From Minisyncoccia bacterium (GTDB taxonomy: Bacteria > Patescibacteriota > Minisyncoccia > Phycocordibacterales > UBA918), in assembly GCA_046293175.1 (NCBI GenBank), contig JBKBPM010000001.1:363446-427445 (forward strand): a stretch of DNA of 64,000 nucleotides, read 5' to 3'. The notes under the pieces were generated by a model. The model was not told the origin of the DNA, did not search any database, and saw nothing but the letters and a program-made list of their open reading frames with translations. Position numbers and translations under genes: made by a program. Positions within the stretch are counted from its first letter, which is position 1, and every line of letters starts with the position of its first letter. Of this stretch, positions 1 to 9,900 are shown one piece after another.

Positions 1-87
1 GCCTACCGCTTCAATCTCAAAAGAGACTGGTCTTTTGTTGTCAGCCATAATTGGTCTACTATAGCGGGAGAAGTGGTGACTGGCAAA

Positions 88-118
88 TCAAAACGCCACC
101 TTGTTGGTGGCGTTTTAC
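88..118 (-). terminator. Rho-independent-type terminator downstream of the FKBP gene
   Basis: Perfect inverted repeat aaaacgccacc-ttgt-tggtggcgtttt at 90..116, directly after the minus-strand stop codon (119..121) and followed on the minus strand by a T-rich stretch (ggcgttttgatttg). Confidence 0.6.
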
Positions 119-664
119 TTACTTCACAGAGGGAGCAATTTCAAGAAGATCCACCGCAAACACCAGGTTTGCGCCACCAGGGATTGGTCCGTAGCCTTTG
201 TCACCATAACCAAGGTCTGCTGGGACAACGAGGATACGCTTGCCACCTTTTTTCATACCAACAATTCCCTCTTCCCAACCTTTGATTACCTTCCCTTCAC
301 CGACCGTAAAGGTAAATGGTGTGCCGCGCTTGTTTGAGTTATCAAACTCCTGACCATTCTGGAGAGTACCAATGTAGTGCACCGTTACGGTATCGCCTAC
401 CTTCACCTCATCGCCGGTACCAAAAATAACATCATCAATAATAAGCTTTGAGAGATTTCCGGTACTGTCAGCGGCACTCACGATTGCGTCACGGAGGTTA
501 TTCACTTGGTCACCTTCCTCTGACACAAAAACACGTCCAACCTCGGCTGTTTGTGTGCCACTAGAGACAGCGAGTGACCCATTTTCTTTGGTAACAAGAT
601 AGAGGGCCGCGGCCATAGCGGTGACACTCAGAGCAATTCCGGCAATTTCGACTTTAGAAAACAT
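119..664 (-). CDS. FKBP-type peptidyl-prolyl cis-trans isomerase, N-terminally membrane-anchored
   Basis: ORF 119..694 (-). The C-terminal half has a canonical FKBP domain (VTVHYIGTLQNGQEFDNS, FTFTVGEGKVIKGWEEG, ILVVPADLGYGDKG, LVFAVDLLEI). The N-terminus carries a hydrophobic anchor. The tool start is a TTG, so the likely true start is the internal Met (MFSKVEIAG) near 664. Confidence 0.85.
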   Translation of the reverse strand: MFSKVEIAGIALSVTAMAAALYLVTKENGSLAVSSGTQTAEVGRVFVSEEGDQVNNLRDAIVSAADSTGNLSKLIIDDVIFGTGDEVKVGDTVTVHYIGTLQNGQEFDNSNKRGTPFTFTVGEGKVIKGWEEGIVGMKKGGKRILVVPADLGYGDKGYGPIPGGANLVFAVDLLEIAPSVK

Positions 665-725
665 ACAACGACGAATTACGTATAAGTACCACAATGATAC
701 GGTCTATCACTAAAATTGCAACGTG

Positions 726-1793
726 TTAGCGAGGAATCACTATATTTTTGGCCACAATCTGATCAAATAGTGCTGGATCACTCCGGTCAGCAAGACCAAG
801 GAGGAAGCTGTCAGTGGCTTCTTTGTTCATAAGACAAGGTGTGGCTTTGGCACACTGAGACTGCGGATAGAGGGTAAACTGGAGCGTTTTTGGTGTGACC
901 TCAAGCCCAATGACCAACCCAGTTTTGACGTCAGTACTGAAATACTGATCAAACACAAAATTGCCAAGGGAATAAAATACGGGCATATTCTGTATGAGTC
1001 CAACATCTTGAACGACGTGGGGATGATGCCCAATGACGGCATCAACGCCTTCCCCTGCAAACCACGTCGCCAGATCTTCTTGACTACGGTTGTGTATGAG
1101 TTCGTATTCATCTCCCCAATGTATATATACAAATTGAAGGTCTGACTTACCTTTGGCTTCAGTCAGAAGACTCTTCATAGTGGTGCGGTCAGGTGGAACA
1201 AATAATGTGTGTACGTCAAGGACTGCAATAGTGGTACTTCCAACAGGAACATACGTCAGACTGGAAGAACTGACCGTAACGGCATCACCAAAAGGTTCGA
1301 TACCCAGCGCGCGCAGGGATGCGCTCGCATAAGCATAACCTTCGTGTCCGTAATCACGAGAATGATTGTTCGCAAGCGAGGCGTGTGAGACATGGAGTCG
1401 CTCCAAGAGAGTGAGGCTTGATGCTTTGGTTGAAAAGCGCATAGCTCCACTTGGTGTCGGAACATGGGGATTACTCATTGCGCTCTCAAAGTTTGTAAAA
1501 ACAGCCTGAGCAGAAGCAAACAGCGAAATAAAATCGTATGGCTTAATGAGATCTTGCTCCAAAAGAATTTCCACGTGGCGAGCAAGCATGGTATCACCAG
1601 TAAAAAACAAATTAGCTGGCTTTTTTGTAACGACTGAAATTGTAGTGGCAGCTTCTGGTCGCTCCTTTTGTATTGGTGTATGAGTTTGAACTACAGTAAC
1701 TGATGCAGTAAAAAGTATAAGGCTAGCGGCAATAGCAAGACCAGCGATGCTAGCGAGGACGAGATGCTTGTGAGGAGTCACCATGGAAAACAC
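726..1793 (-). CDS. CapA/PgsA-family metallophosphatase-like protein (poly-gamma-glutamate capsule synthesis family), secreted or anchored
   Basis: 355-aa ORF with a signal anchor (LVLASIAGLAIAASLILF). CapA-type motifs are present: GDTMLARH, NNHSRDYG, HWGDEY, GHHPHVVQ, SLGNFVFDQ. Confidence 0.75.
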   Translation of the reverse strand: MFSMVTPHKHLVLASIAGLAIAASLILFTASVTVVQTHTPIQKERPEAATTISVVTKKPANLFFTGDTMLARHVEILLEQDLIKPYDFISLFASAQAVFTNFESAMSNPHVPTPSGAMRFSTKASSLTLLERLHVSHASLANNHSRDYGHEGYAYASASLRALGIEPFGDAVTVSSSSLTYVPVGSTTIAVLDVHTLFVPPDRTTMKSLLTEAKGKSDLQFVYIHWGDEYELIHNRSQEDLATWFAGEGVDAVIGHHPHVVQDVGLIQNMPVFYSLGNFVFDQYFSTDVKTGLVIGLEVTPKTLQFTLYPQSQCAKATPCLMNKEATDSFLLGLADRSDPALFDQIVAKNIVIPR

Positions 1794-2181
1794 CAGCTTT
1801 TTCTACATACATGAGATAGGTGAGCCCCAAGAGCACAATACTCAAAGCCAGAGTAAGTGCGACCATTGTTTGCGCACGCTCAATTTTACGACGTTTTACT
1901 TCAATCTTTTCAATATCATCATCACTGAGAGACACTTTGACACCAAGCAGTGAACTAATATCAGAAGGAGTAAGTCGTTCATCGGAGTGAAAGACACGAT
2001 GGAGCGTATCGACGTGTGTAGCCTTGCTATCACGGTTCTCTTTGAGAACCATGAGTGCGGTATCAACATCGTTATTATCCCAGCGGGCACTAATAAGAAT
2101 TGAACGAATTTCTTCATCGGGAGCAGTTGGTGGAATACCATTTGCTTTAAGAATTGATTCAACTTGTGTTTTTTCGATCAT
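1750..2181 (-). CDS. hypothetical protein with C-terminal TM helix
   Basis: 143-aa ORF with a single C-terminal hydrophobic segment (MVALTLALSIVLLGLTYLMYV). Its stop overlaps the start of the CapA-like gene by 44 nt. No recognisable family. Confidence 0.5.
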   Translation of the reverse strand: MIEKTQVESILKANGIPPTAPDEEIRSILISARWDNNDVDTALMVLKENRDSKATHVDTLHRVFHSDERLTPSDISSLLGVKVSLSDDDIEKIEVKRRKIERAQTMVALTLALSIVLLGLTYLMYVEKAGVFHGDSSQASRPR

Positions 2182-2182
2182 A

Positions 2183-3235
2183 TTATTGCCGTTTGCGTTT
2201 TAAAGGGATGCTATCATCAGAGATATACTGAGCATAAAGCTCAAGTAACACCAAAAAGAGACTAATCATCACCGGCCCAATAATAAAACCTATTGGTCCA
2301 AATAGCGAGATACCCCCGAGGACAGCAAGTAGTACGACAAATGGATGAAGGTTATTACCTCGACTCATGAGATACGGACTAATGAAGTTATCTACTACCA
2401 CAATAGAGATACCGCCCCAGATAGCAAGACCAATGGCAGCTCCAAAATTACCTAAGTAAGCAAGATATATAACACCAGGCACCATAATGGCAACCGTACC
2501 AAGTCCTGGCAGCAAAGCTCCGAGAGCTCCTATCGTACCCCACATAATTGGACGAGGAATGCCAAAAATAGCAAAACCAACTCCGGCAATGAGGCCTTGC
2601 AAGATAGCGACAAGCACTGTTCCGGTAGCCACCGATCGTATCGAGCGAGCAATTCGTTCCATGATGATTTTATCCTCAGTATCCTTTAGTGGACTCACTG
2701 ATACGAGCCACCCAACCAACCGCTCCCCGTCTTTGAAAAGATAAAACGAGCCGAGCATAGCAATCAAGAAGGTTACCACTATCGATACCGTACCAGCAAA
2801 AATGCTACCCAGGTTCCCGGCAAACCACGAAGCACTCTGCTTGAGTTGAGCAGAAAGATTAAAATCAAAACCAGGTATATAGTGTTGCAGTGACGTTTCA
2901 ATCCCCGTGAGCATGGTATCCACTGGAAGTTGACCAGACACTTCAACTGAACGATAAAAGGATACAAACTCATTTACGAGTAGCGTTGACACGAAAAATA
3001 CTGGAATGACGACCGCAAAAAACACAATCAGAGTAGCCAAAAGTGCAGCTAAAGAGCGATGTTGTCTTGTGATAAATCGCAAAATGAAGCGATACATCGG
3101 ATAACAAATAATAACCGTGATAGCGGACAGCGCTAATGCCGTCAAAAATGGCATAAGCATGAACACAGCGACCACACCCACTAACGCCAGTGAGCTAAAG
3201 AAAAAGGTGTACTCGATGATTCGATTTTTCACCAT
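2183..3235 (-). CDS. AI-2E family transporter (PerM/UPF0118-type permease)
   Basis: 350-aa polytopic membrane protein. Architecture and conserved C-terminal block (VLVAILQGLIAGVGFAIFGIPRPIMWGTIGALGALLPGLG, FISPYLMSRGNNLHPFVVLLAVLGG) are typical of AI-2E transporters. Confidence 0.8.
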   Translation of the reverse strand: MVKNRIIEYTFFFSSLALVGVVAVFMLMPFLTALALSAITVIICYPMYRFILRFITRQHRSLAALLATLIVFFAVVIPVFFVSTLLVNEFVSFYRSVEVSGQLPVDTMLTGIETSLQHYIPGFDFNLSAQLKQSASWFAGNLGSIFAGTVSIVVTFLIAMLGSFYLFKDGERLVGWLVSVSPLKDTEDKIIMERIARSIRSVATGTVLVAILQGLIAGVGFAIFGIPRPIMWGTIGALGALLPGLGTVAIMVPGVIYLAYLGNFGAAIGLAIWGGISIVVVDNFISPYLMSRGNNLHPFVVLLAVLGGISLFGPIGFIIGPVMISLFLVLLELYAQYISDDSIPLKRKRQ

Positions 3236-3305
3236 ATGTACTAACTATAGCAAACCTAGTTGTGTGATAGGTGCATAATATTTCATAAAAGTGGATAGGT
3301 CGTTT

Positions 3306-3860
3306 TTATTCAGTTGCGAGAAGTTCGTTTGCAAGCGCTCGTATGGCATCAGCTGTTAGGGGCTGACGCTCGTGGCGCCATAATGTTCCGTCTTTGGTAT
3401 ATAGGACTGTTTCAGGCATGGCGTATCCGGTCACCTCTTTGTAAAACTCGTCGGTTGAGTCAACAACGATGGTGAGATTCGGCAATGGTGGTAAGGTCGC
3501 TAAGTAGGCTTGAGCTTGCGGCAATTGCTCTTTGCGATTGAGTGCAATAAAGGTTATGGGTTTGTCTTTAAATTCACCAGCCACATCATTAAGGGCAATA
3601 AGTTCATCACGAGATAATGGACTCCAGCTTGCCCAGGTGTTTACATACAAGACTTTGTTGCCGATGTCAGCACCAATTTCAACATTACCACCGTTAATAT
3701 CGGTAAAGCGGTTTTTGGTGTCGGTATCAATAAGGGCACGACCAGCGTCGCTACGCTTTTCATTGTGGTCAACCACTGTGCGATAGGTAAACCACACTGC
3801 TACCAAAAGAATACCAATCAGTAAAAGAACGACAATAATAGTTGACCGCTTCGCTTGCAT
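3306..3860 (-). CDS. TlpA/ResA-like thioredoxin-fold protein with CxxC replaced by SxxS (predicted redox-inactive), membrane-anchored
   Basis: ORF 3306..3902 (-), probable ATG at 3860 (MQAKRSTIIVV..., 1 nt after the stop of the upstream gene). N-terminal TM anchor. The motif YVNTWASWSPLSRDE aligns with the TlpA/ResA active site WA[ST]WCxPCRxE, with both Cys replaced by Ser. Confidence 0.6.
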   Translation of the reverse strand: MQAKRSTIIVVLLLIGILLVAVWFTYRTVVDHNEKRSDAGRALIDTDTKNRFTDINGGNVEIGADIGNKVLYVNTWASWSPLSRDELIALNDVAGEFKDKPITFIALNRKEQLPQAQAYLATLPPLPNLTIVVDSTDEFYKEVTGYAMPETVLYTKDGTLWRHERQPLTADAIRALANELLATE

Positions 3861-3861
3861 A

Positions 3862-4335
3862 CTACCCCTTAATGAACAACTCAAAAGACTCTGGTGTCTC
3901 ATTAGCAGCCGCTTCTACTAAATTGAGCTCTACGGCTTTACCCATAAAGCGAGCACTTAGCGTTGCTTCTATGGAGGCGGTAGCAGTCACCAAAAAACGC
4001 TGCATGGTCACCACCTGCGCACAGGCTTCAGCGGTATTAACCACATCAAAGTCAAAGGTGACTTGTTCTGGGTACGATTCTGCCACCATCGAGCGATATG
4101 TCAGTAGATCACAAGGGGTTGGCATAGGAAGTTCACCGACAATTGTGTGAATTCCATCTCGATAAAAATGCTTGGCATCAATACGAGTAATACCATACGC
4201 GTCACTTTGTGGTTCTAAGGTTGCCGCTGGTGACTCAACAGTCGCGGATTTTTTAACCAAGTAGGTATAGGTAAACATACCAAAAACAATCACCAGAAGC
4301 AGTGATGAGATGAGCACAATATCACGATGTCGCAT
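3862..4335 (-). CDS. hypothetical membrane-anchored protein
   Basis: 157-aa ORF with an N-terminal signal anchor (IVLISSLLLVIVFGMFTYTYLV). No recognisable domain. Confidence 0.5.
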   Translation of the reverse strand: MRHRDIVLISSLLLVIVFGMFTYTYLVKKSATVESPAATLEPQSDAYGITRIDAKHFYRDGIHTIVGELPMPTPCDLLTYRSMVAESYPEQVTFDFDVVNTAEACAQVVTMQRFLVTATASIEATLSARFMGKAVELNLVEAAANETPESFELFIKG

Positions 4336-4374
4336 AGTAGATAGTTAGCGAATAACAACACCTACATTATACAC

Positions 4375-6006
4375 CTATTTTAACAGACTGTCTTTACCAG
4401 CGTAGATTATTATTGCCTTTTCACTGGTGTCACTTTGGGCAGAAAGTAAACCAACCTTCAAAATAGTGCGTAGCGCCAACGCTTGTTCCTCAAGGCCAGG
4501 AGGATACACCACAATGGTTTTTTGTTCACTACGAGCTTCGTCGACTGTCAGTGAGCTGACTTCAAAACCAGCTTCTTCTAAAGCAAATTTGGTAGCTGCG
4601 CCTGCTCCCGCTTGACCACTTATATTAATCACTTTGATTTGGTTTGGTTGATTAGTTTGTGGTTCTGGTTTAATTTTACTTTCACGAAGTTTTTGGTAGG
4701 CCAAATCTTCAGAAGACATCACAACATCTTCACCAACATTTTCAACTGACACTTCAAAATGAGCAGCGTCCTTCATGATACCAAGAACAGCAAGATACAT
4801 ACCAACTAGTACAGCACCAACCACAATAATACCAAGAAGAATAAACCGGTAATGGAAAAAGAAATTAAAAAGTGCACTAAACTTTTCTCGTATGCCACTA
4901 CCACCACGCCATGAATCAACGATTTCCTGGGCAGTAGCACGCACAGGCGCTGAGACACCAGTATACCGCTTGACTACCATGGTTTGTTTGGACACGCCAC
5001 CACGTTCATGAAGTGGCACGTATGGAGCTTCGTGAACATTAACACCTGAAAGAGCTAGCATCCGATCAATGTAACGACGGATGAGCCATAAAGTGATTTT
5101 GACTCCAATGAAGAGTATAAGGAGTGTGATAAGTATGGTGGTATAGGGAATCACCCAAAAATAGGTTGTGCTCGTGACATACTTTTTACCATCTTCACCA
5201 TAGCCAAGTGTAGCTACTGCCTTGTAACGTCCAATATCATACGCATCAGTGTCCCCTTTCCAAGTAAATGAAAATTTACGAATGCTATTTGGCAACACGT
5301 TACCAAAATGAGTCTGGTGATTAATCGGAATAAAACCACGTTCCTTTCCCCACATATTAAATATTTTGATGTCACCTTGGGGCTGTACGTGGACATTACC
5401 CGTATTCTCAAAACGCATGTAAAGTGTAGCTTCAGGTTTTTGAACTATTCCTTGTTCAGTAGAAAATTCTCGAATATCGCCTGACTCAAACACTTCGCCA
5501 GCTACTCGTACAAAAAAGAGTGAGGTGACAAATTGTGCTGTTTGTACTTGAGACAAATCGCTACCGTCGCTTGGTGGTTTAGTCCCCACGAGAATAGCCG
5601 CATAGTGCCCACCTGGTGCGGCGTTTTCAGGGACTTGGACCTGCAAGGGTATTTCGGCGGTAGCTTGTGGATCAATTACAACTGGATCAGTCGGTACAGT
5701 AATCCACTCTGCCAATGTTTGTCCTTGGGTTTCAGACTCAAAGACTGGAATGAGATCACCTCGGCCGTCTTCTCCAAGGGGCGCAAAGTTTACTGCCTGT
5801 GGGTACACCGTAATTGGATAGTCATTCACATTAATGACCCGTAGCTGACTTGTCCATGTTTGACTGCGATTGGCCTGCATTTCAAATAGTGTCGGTGACA
5901 CTGACAAGGTCTGTGAATCAGCACCTTGCGCAAATACAGCCATCGGCGCCAACATAAATAAGTAAAGAAGAAGTACTCCCTTAATTTTGTTTGAGATTGA
6001 TATCAT
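4375..6006 (-). CDS. CscA-like (DUF916/DUF3324-like) surface protein fused to a C-terminal LytR_C-like domain; two TM helices
   Basis: ORF 4375..6069 (-). The likely start is an internal Met near 6006 (MISISNKIKGVLLLYLFMLAPMAVFA signal). The ectodomain is a paralog of 5981..6967, 22397..23347 and 58657..59715. It is followed by TM1 (VIPYTTILITLLILFIGVKI), a cytoplasmic loop, TM2 (FILLGIIVVGAVLVGMYLAVLGI) and a C-terminal domain resembling LytR_C (IKVINISGQAGAGAATKFALEEAGFEV...IVVYPPGLEEQALALRTIL). Confidence 0.6.
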   Translation of the reverse strand: MISISNKIKGVLLLYLFMLAPMAVFAQGADSQTLSVSPTLFEMQANRSQTWTSQLRVINVNDYPITVYPQAVNFAPLGEDGRGDLIPVFESETQGQTLAEWITVPTDPVVIDPQATAEIPLQVQVPENAAPGGHYAAILVGTKPPSDGSDLSQVQTAQFVTSLFFVRVAGEVFESGDIREFSTEQGIVQKPEATLYMRFENTGNVHVQPQGDIKIFNMWGKERGFIPINHQTHFGNVLPNSIRKFSFTWKGDTDAYDIGRYKAVATLGYGEDGKKYVTSTTYFWVIPYTTILITLLILFIGVKITLWLIRRYIDRMLALSGVNVHEAPYVPLHERGGVSKQTMVVKRYTGVSAPVRATAQEIVDSWRGGSGIREKFSALFNFFFHYRFILLGIIVVGAVLVGMYLAVLGIMKDAAHFEVSVENVGEDVVMSSEDLAYQKLRESKIKPEPQTNQPNQIKVINISGQAGAGAATKFALEEAGFEVSSLTVDEARSEQKTIVVYPPGLEEQALALRTILKVGLLSAQSDTSEKAIIIYAGKDSLLK

Positions 6007-6967
6007 GGTCTTTAAGGTCGCTATGGACGCCATTTCTGATATACATCGGTAAATTTTCGCTATCTTCATGATGAATTGGTTTGCGTCCGTGATAGATATA
6101 CAACAATGTTAAGAACAAACTACCAGCTAAGAGAATACCAAACAGAACGAGAATTGTTTGCAGTGGTACAACAGTAAAAAAGGTTGTGTCATATAAGTTG
6201 GCACGCTGAAGCTCTCCATATTCTACATCAAGAAAGGCTTTATGTCGGCCATACATGCTGCCTTTTGGCACCGAGCCAGTAAAGGCAACTGTCTCTCCAG
6301 CTTTGAGAGTTTTGTTTTCGGTATTAACCAGAATACTAGCTACCTCACGTCCTCTGACGTCATATACAATAATTTCACCTTGTGGTGTAGTGGGCAAATC
6401 ACCTACGTTTTCGAGTTCGTAGCGGACCGGGATAGTGTCGCCACTTGTTATATATCGATCAATTGAGAAGCTATGGAGGCGTAGGTACTCACTACGTACA
6501 TCGGCCATAGAAATACGCATCGTTACGCCTGGTGCACGACCTGCCATAACCGCATTTTCAGCTTCGTCACGTTTATCACCGGAACCAAAACCTATAAATG
6601 CATAGTAGTCACCTTGCACAGCATTGGGGTTAATAGTAAGAGTGACAGGAATTTTGACAGATTCACCTGGTTGTAGTTCGAGTCTAGCGCGCGATACGGC
6701 AATCCAGCTCGTCACATTACGAGTCTGGTCCGTCATCACGGGTGACTCAAAAGATTTTATTGAACCATCTTCACCAAGCGTAATTGGGTGGACTGAGGGG
6801 AATATCTTCACAGGTACCGTACCAGTGTTTGTGATCTTGATACTATCCTCGAGCATATCACGTGGCTTCACCTTGTGTTCAATCACTGGCGGCGTCACTG
6901 TGTACGATTGCGCATAGCTAAAAGTTGGATACGCAAGGAGAGTAAGTAAGAGAAAGAGGTAACGCAT
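5981..6967 (-). CDS. CscA-like (DUF916/DUF3324-like) cell-surface protein with C-terminal TM anchor
   Basis: 328 aa: signal peptide (MRYLFLLLTLLAYPTFSYAQ), about 260-aa ectodomain, TM (ILVLFGILLAGSLFLTLLYIY), and a short charged tail. The size and topology match the DUF916/DUF3324 family (cscA) of Firmicutes. Four paralogs occur in this window. Confidence 0.6.
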   Translation of the reverse strand: MRYLFLLLTLLAYPTFSYAQSYTVTPPVIEHKVKPRDMLEDSIKITNTGTVPVKIFPSVHPITLGEDGSIKSFESPVMTDQTRNVTSWIAVSRARLELQPGESVKIPVTLTINPNAVQGDYYAFIGFGSGDKRDEAENAVMAGRAPGVTMRISMADVRSEYLRLHSFSIDRYITSGDTIPVRYELENVGDLPTTPQGEIIVYDVRGREVASILVNTENKTLKAGETVAFTGSVPKGSMYGRHKAFLDVEYGELQRANLYDTTFFTVVPLQTILVLFGILLAGSLFLTLLYIYHGRKPIHHEDSENLPMYIRNGVHSDLKDHDINLKQN

Positions 6968-6979
6968 ACGTAAATTAGA

Positions 6980-9900
6980 CTAGTAGACAGGTACTGCTAT
7001 ATACACCACTTCGGTTGTATAGATAGCCGCCGGCTGGAGGCCAGTCACCCGTACTCTGTATACAATATCATGAGTATCGTTGGCTGGAATAGGGCTATAC
7101 ATAACTTCAGCCACAGCTGTGTGTAAACCAGCGTAACTATCAAGAGGTGCAAAACGGGTTGAACCACCAGACAGTGTTGCGTCAGTAGTGTGGTAACCAG
7201 TACAACCAGTTGCAGAGGCAAGACAACCCACCGCCCAAGCCACCGGACTAGCATTAGTACCAGAAATTGGAGGTATTGGAGTGCCATAGTCGTTTATGAG
7301 TTGCTGGCGAGCAAACGAGAGGACACGATACCCATCAGTGGCATTGGTGGTGACCGCTAGTCGGTGTGCCGCTAAGGCATCGGTGTTAATTGGAATAGAA
7401 CCAAAGCTGACCGTAGACGGTGTTGTTGTTACCGTAGTCATGACACCAGCTGTGGTTGTACCACTAGGAAGACCACTGATACTCAATGTGAGTTTTGGTG
7501 TCTCTGTCACTAGACTTGGCAGTGTCTCACCATTTGCAGCTGCTACTGGCATATCCTCAAACACCTCATAGAGTCTAAAGTAGTACACGGCTCCAGCGCG
7601 CGCGGCTGCATGTCGTAGATAAAAGGCAAACTCGGTATCAGCTCCTGCTAGATGAGTATACCCCGTAGTATACGTGGGCGATTCATTATGAGTACCACAA
7701 CCAGATCCTACGCCTGAGGCGCAACTATTGGCATCTGATAGGACTTTAGTGGTGATTGTTGCATTGTCTGTACCGCCACCATCTACATAACACCAGGTTG
7801 AGGTGGCGGTACAACTTGAAGTTGCAACCACATCATGGGGTGACGTAAACGCCGGTGATTCATCATATTGCAGTTTAAACTTTATATCCTGACCAACTAC
7901 AGATTTACGTTGTCCAACTATGACACGAAGCGCAAATTCATTTCCATTTTGTACTTCGACTGGTGCATTTATTTCACTAGCCAGTGGTGTGACTGGAGTC
8001 TCGTTTTCAGCATCTTCATAAAAGCGCCAACGTTTAGTTTGTGGGGAGTAGCCAGCTGTTCGAATCTGTGGGTAGTTAAAGTAACCGTCTAATGGAGTAC
8101 CGTCGCTGCGCACCATGCGGAAGCAATAGGTACTCCGTGAAATGGCTCCATTATGCTCAATAAACCAATCGTACTCAACATCTTCGCCGGGATCAACCAA
8201 ATAAGGATTAGCTGGCGCGGGATTCTCTTCCACCAAACTTCCCGCTCGATCAGCTACCGAAATAAGGAGATCGCCTCCAGTTGGTGGGTTCGTGCTCAAC
8301 ATTGTACCATTGGTGGTACCCGTGGCTGCATAACCACGCCAAATGCCACTGCCGTTTGCGGCATCAAGGTCATTCCAGGTGCCAACGGTCGAACACGAGG
8401 TAGCTCGCAAACCATACTGCAGCTTAAAATCATACAAACCGGCCGGCAGGTTGGCATTGGCCACTCGCATCGTCATCCGGAGTCGAACCACATCTCCATC
8501 ACCAAGTGGCTCGTCTGCAATTGAGATGGGATTATTTTCGCCGAGATCAGATACACCAGGAGGCCATGGATCAGTTGGAGTTAGATTGTTATTGTTAGCG
8601 TAGAACCTAAAGTAATTTTGTCGAATCGCCAAACCGGATATTGGCCACTCAACAATTTCAGTACGATAGGTCATTTCACCTGACGCTTCACTGCGCCACA
8701 GTTCGTAGGTGGATGTCCCGGTAATTCGAGCACCGGCAAACACCAGCGGGAACGTGGTATTGGCACCAACCACACGTGTGTTGGCAAAAATGGAGGCATT
8801 GTTGGTCGCATCAATTGGTGAGAAAATTGAAATTGATAATGTAACCGGTTCTGTACCAGCGTTGGTTGTACCATTGGTGCGCTGCACATCCATTGCGCCG
8901 GCACTGGTTTGGAGGTTTTCAATAATCCATGCCACTGATGTGTGACCGCTCGGAGTGGTTGCCGCCGCCTCAAGTCGAAACGAAACTGCTCCAATACTTG
9001 ATAACCAAACTTCGTGACCAAAGTTGTTAACGTTACCTAAGGCATTCATCCGTTTTTGAGTATGGATAAAGGCGCGAGCGAGACTGTTTACCGGTGTAGG
9101 AATTGATTCAGTTTCAACCACACCAGCCGCTGTGTAGGTATGTTCAATTCGTTGTACTTGCCAGTTTATGCCAGTAAACTCAACCACTGCGTAACTCACA
9201 TTAATAATTGCTCCACCAGCATTACGGTTAAATACCGGAGCAGTACTGGTCGGACTCCATTGCGAAGTGGTCTGTCCCGCATAATAAAAGTTTCGTGCAG
9301 TATCACGGTTTTCTACGCCGGTAATAAAAACGACCACGTCGGCATTATCGGTGATAGTCCCAAGACTGGTTCCAGTCGCAACGAGTGCAGCACTCGCTAA
9401 GTTCACACTTCCTACCCCACGCACTTTCATTTCATTGTCGGTACCAGCATCACCTATAAATTCGATAATCTCCCAGCTCACCCGCGTGTTACCAGTTGCC
9501 GCTGGTGGGCGGGAAATAGTAAAGCTGGTTGGTAAATTCGCTGACGATATATAGGCAGTTACATCATCTGCATTTTGAGCACCACCACCGGCAGTGGTTC
9601 GTCCAGGGCCAGTATTGTGAGTGTCGGTGATACGAACAAAGGCTGTTGTTGTACTTAAAGGTGCTGTGTAATCAACACCAGCAGTAAAGGTTTGTGAAGT
9701 ACCGATAATTGTTGCTGTTCCGCGCTGGACTTTGAAGTCACGTTTTGGTGCGGTGGTTAATTCAGCGTAGTTGGTGTACGTGAGAGGTTCACCATTATTG
9801 GTTAAGCGGAAACAATATGTCGTATTAAAACCAGTAATATTCGTTGAGGTAATACTAAATTCGTATTCAGTAAATTCGGTGGTACTCATCGCAAGCGCCG

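Noticed and set aside
827-2162. Nested minus-strand ORFs 827..1132, 1256..1465 and 1896..2162 inside the CapA-like and hypothetical genes.
   Set aside because: Alternative-frame ORFs fully contained in longer ORFs that carry recognisable family motifs. No independent support.
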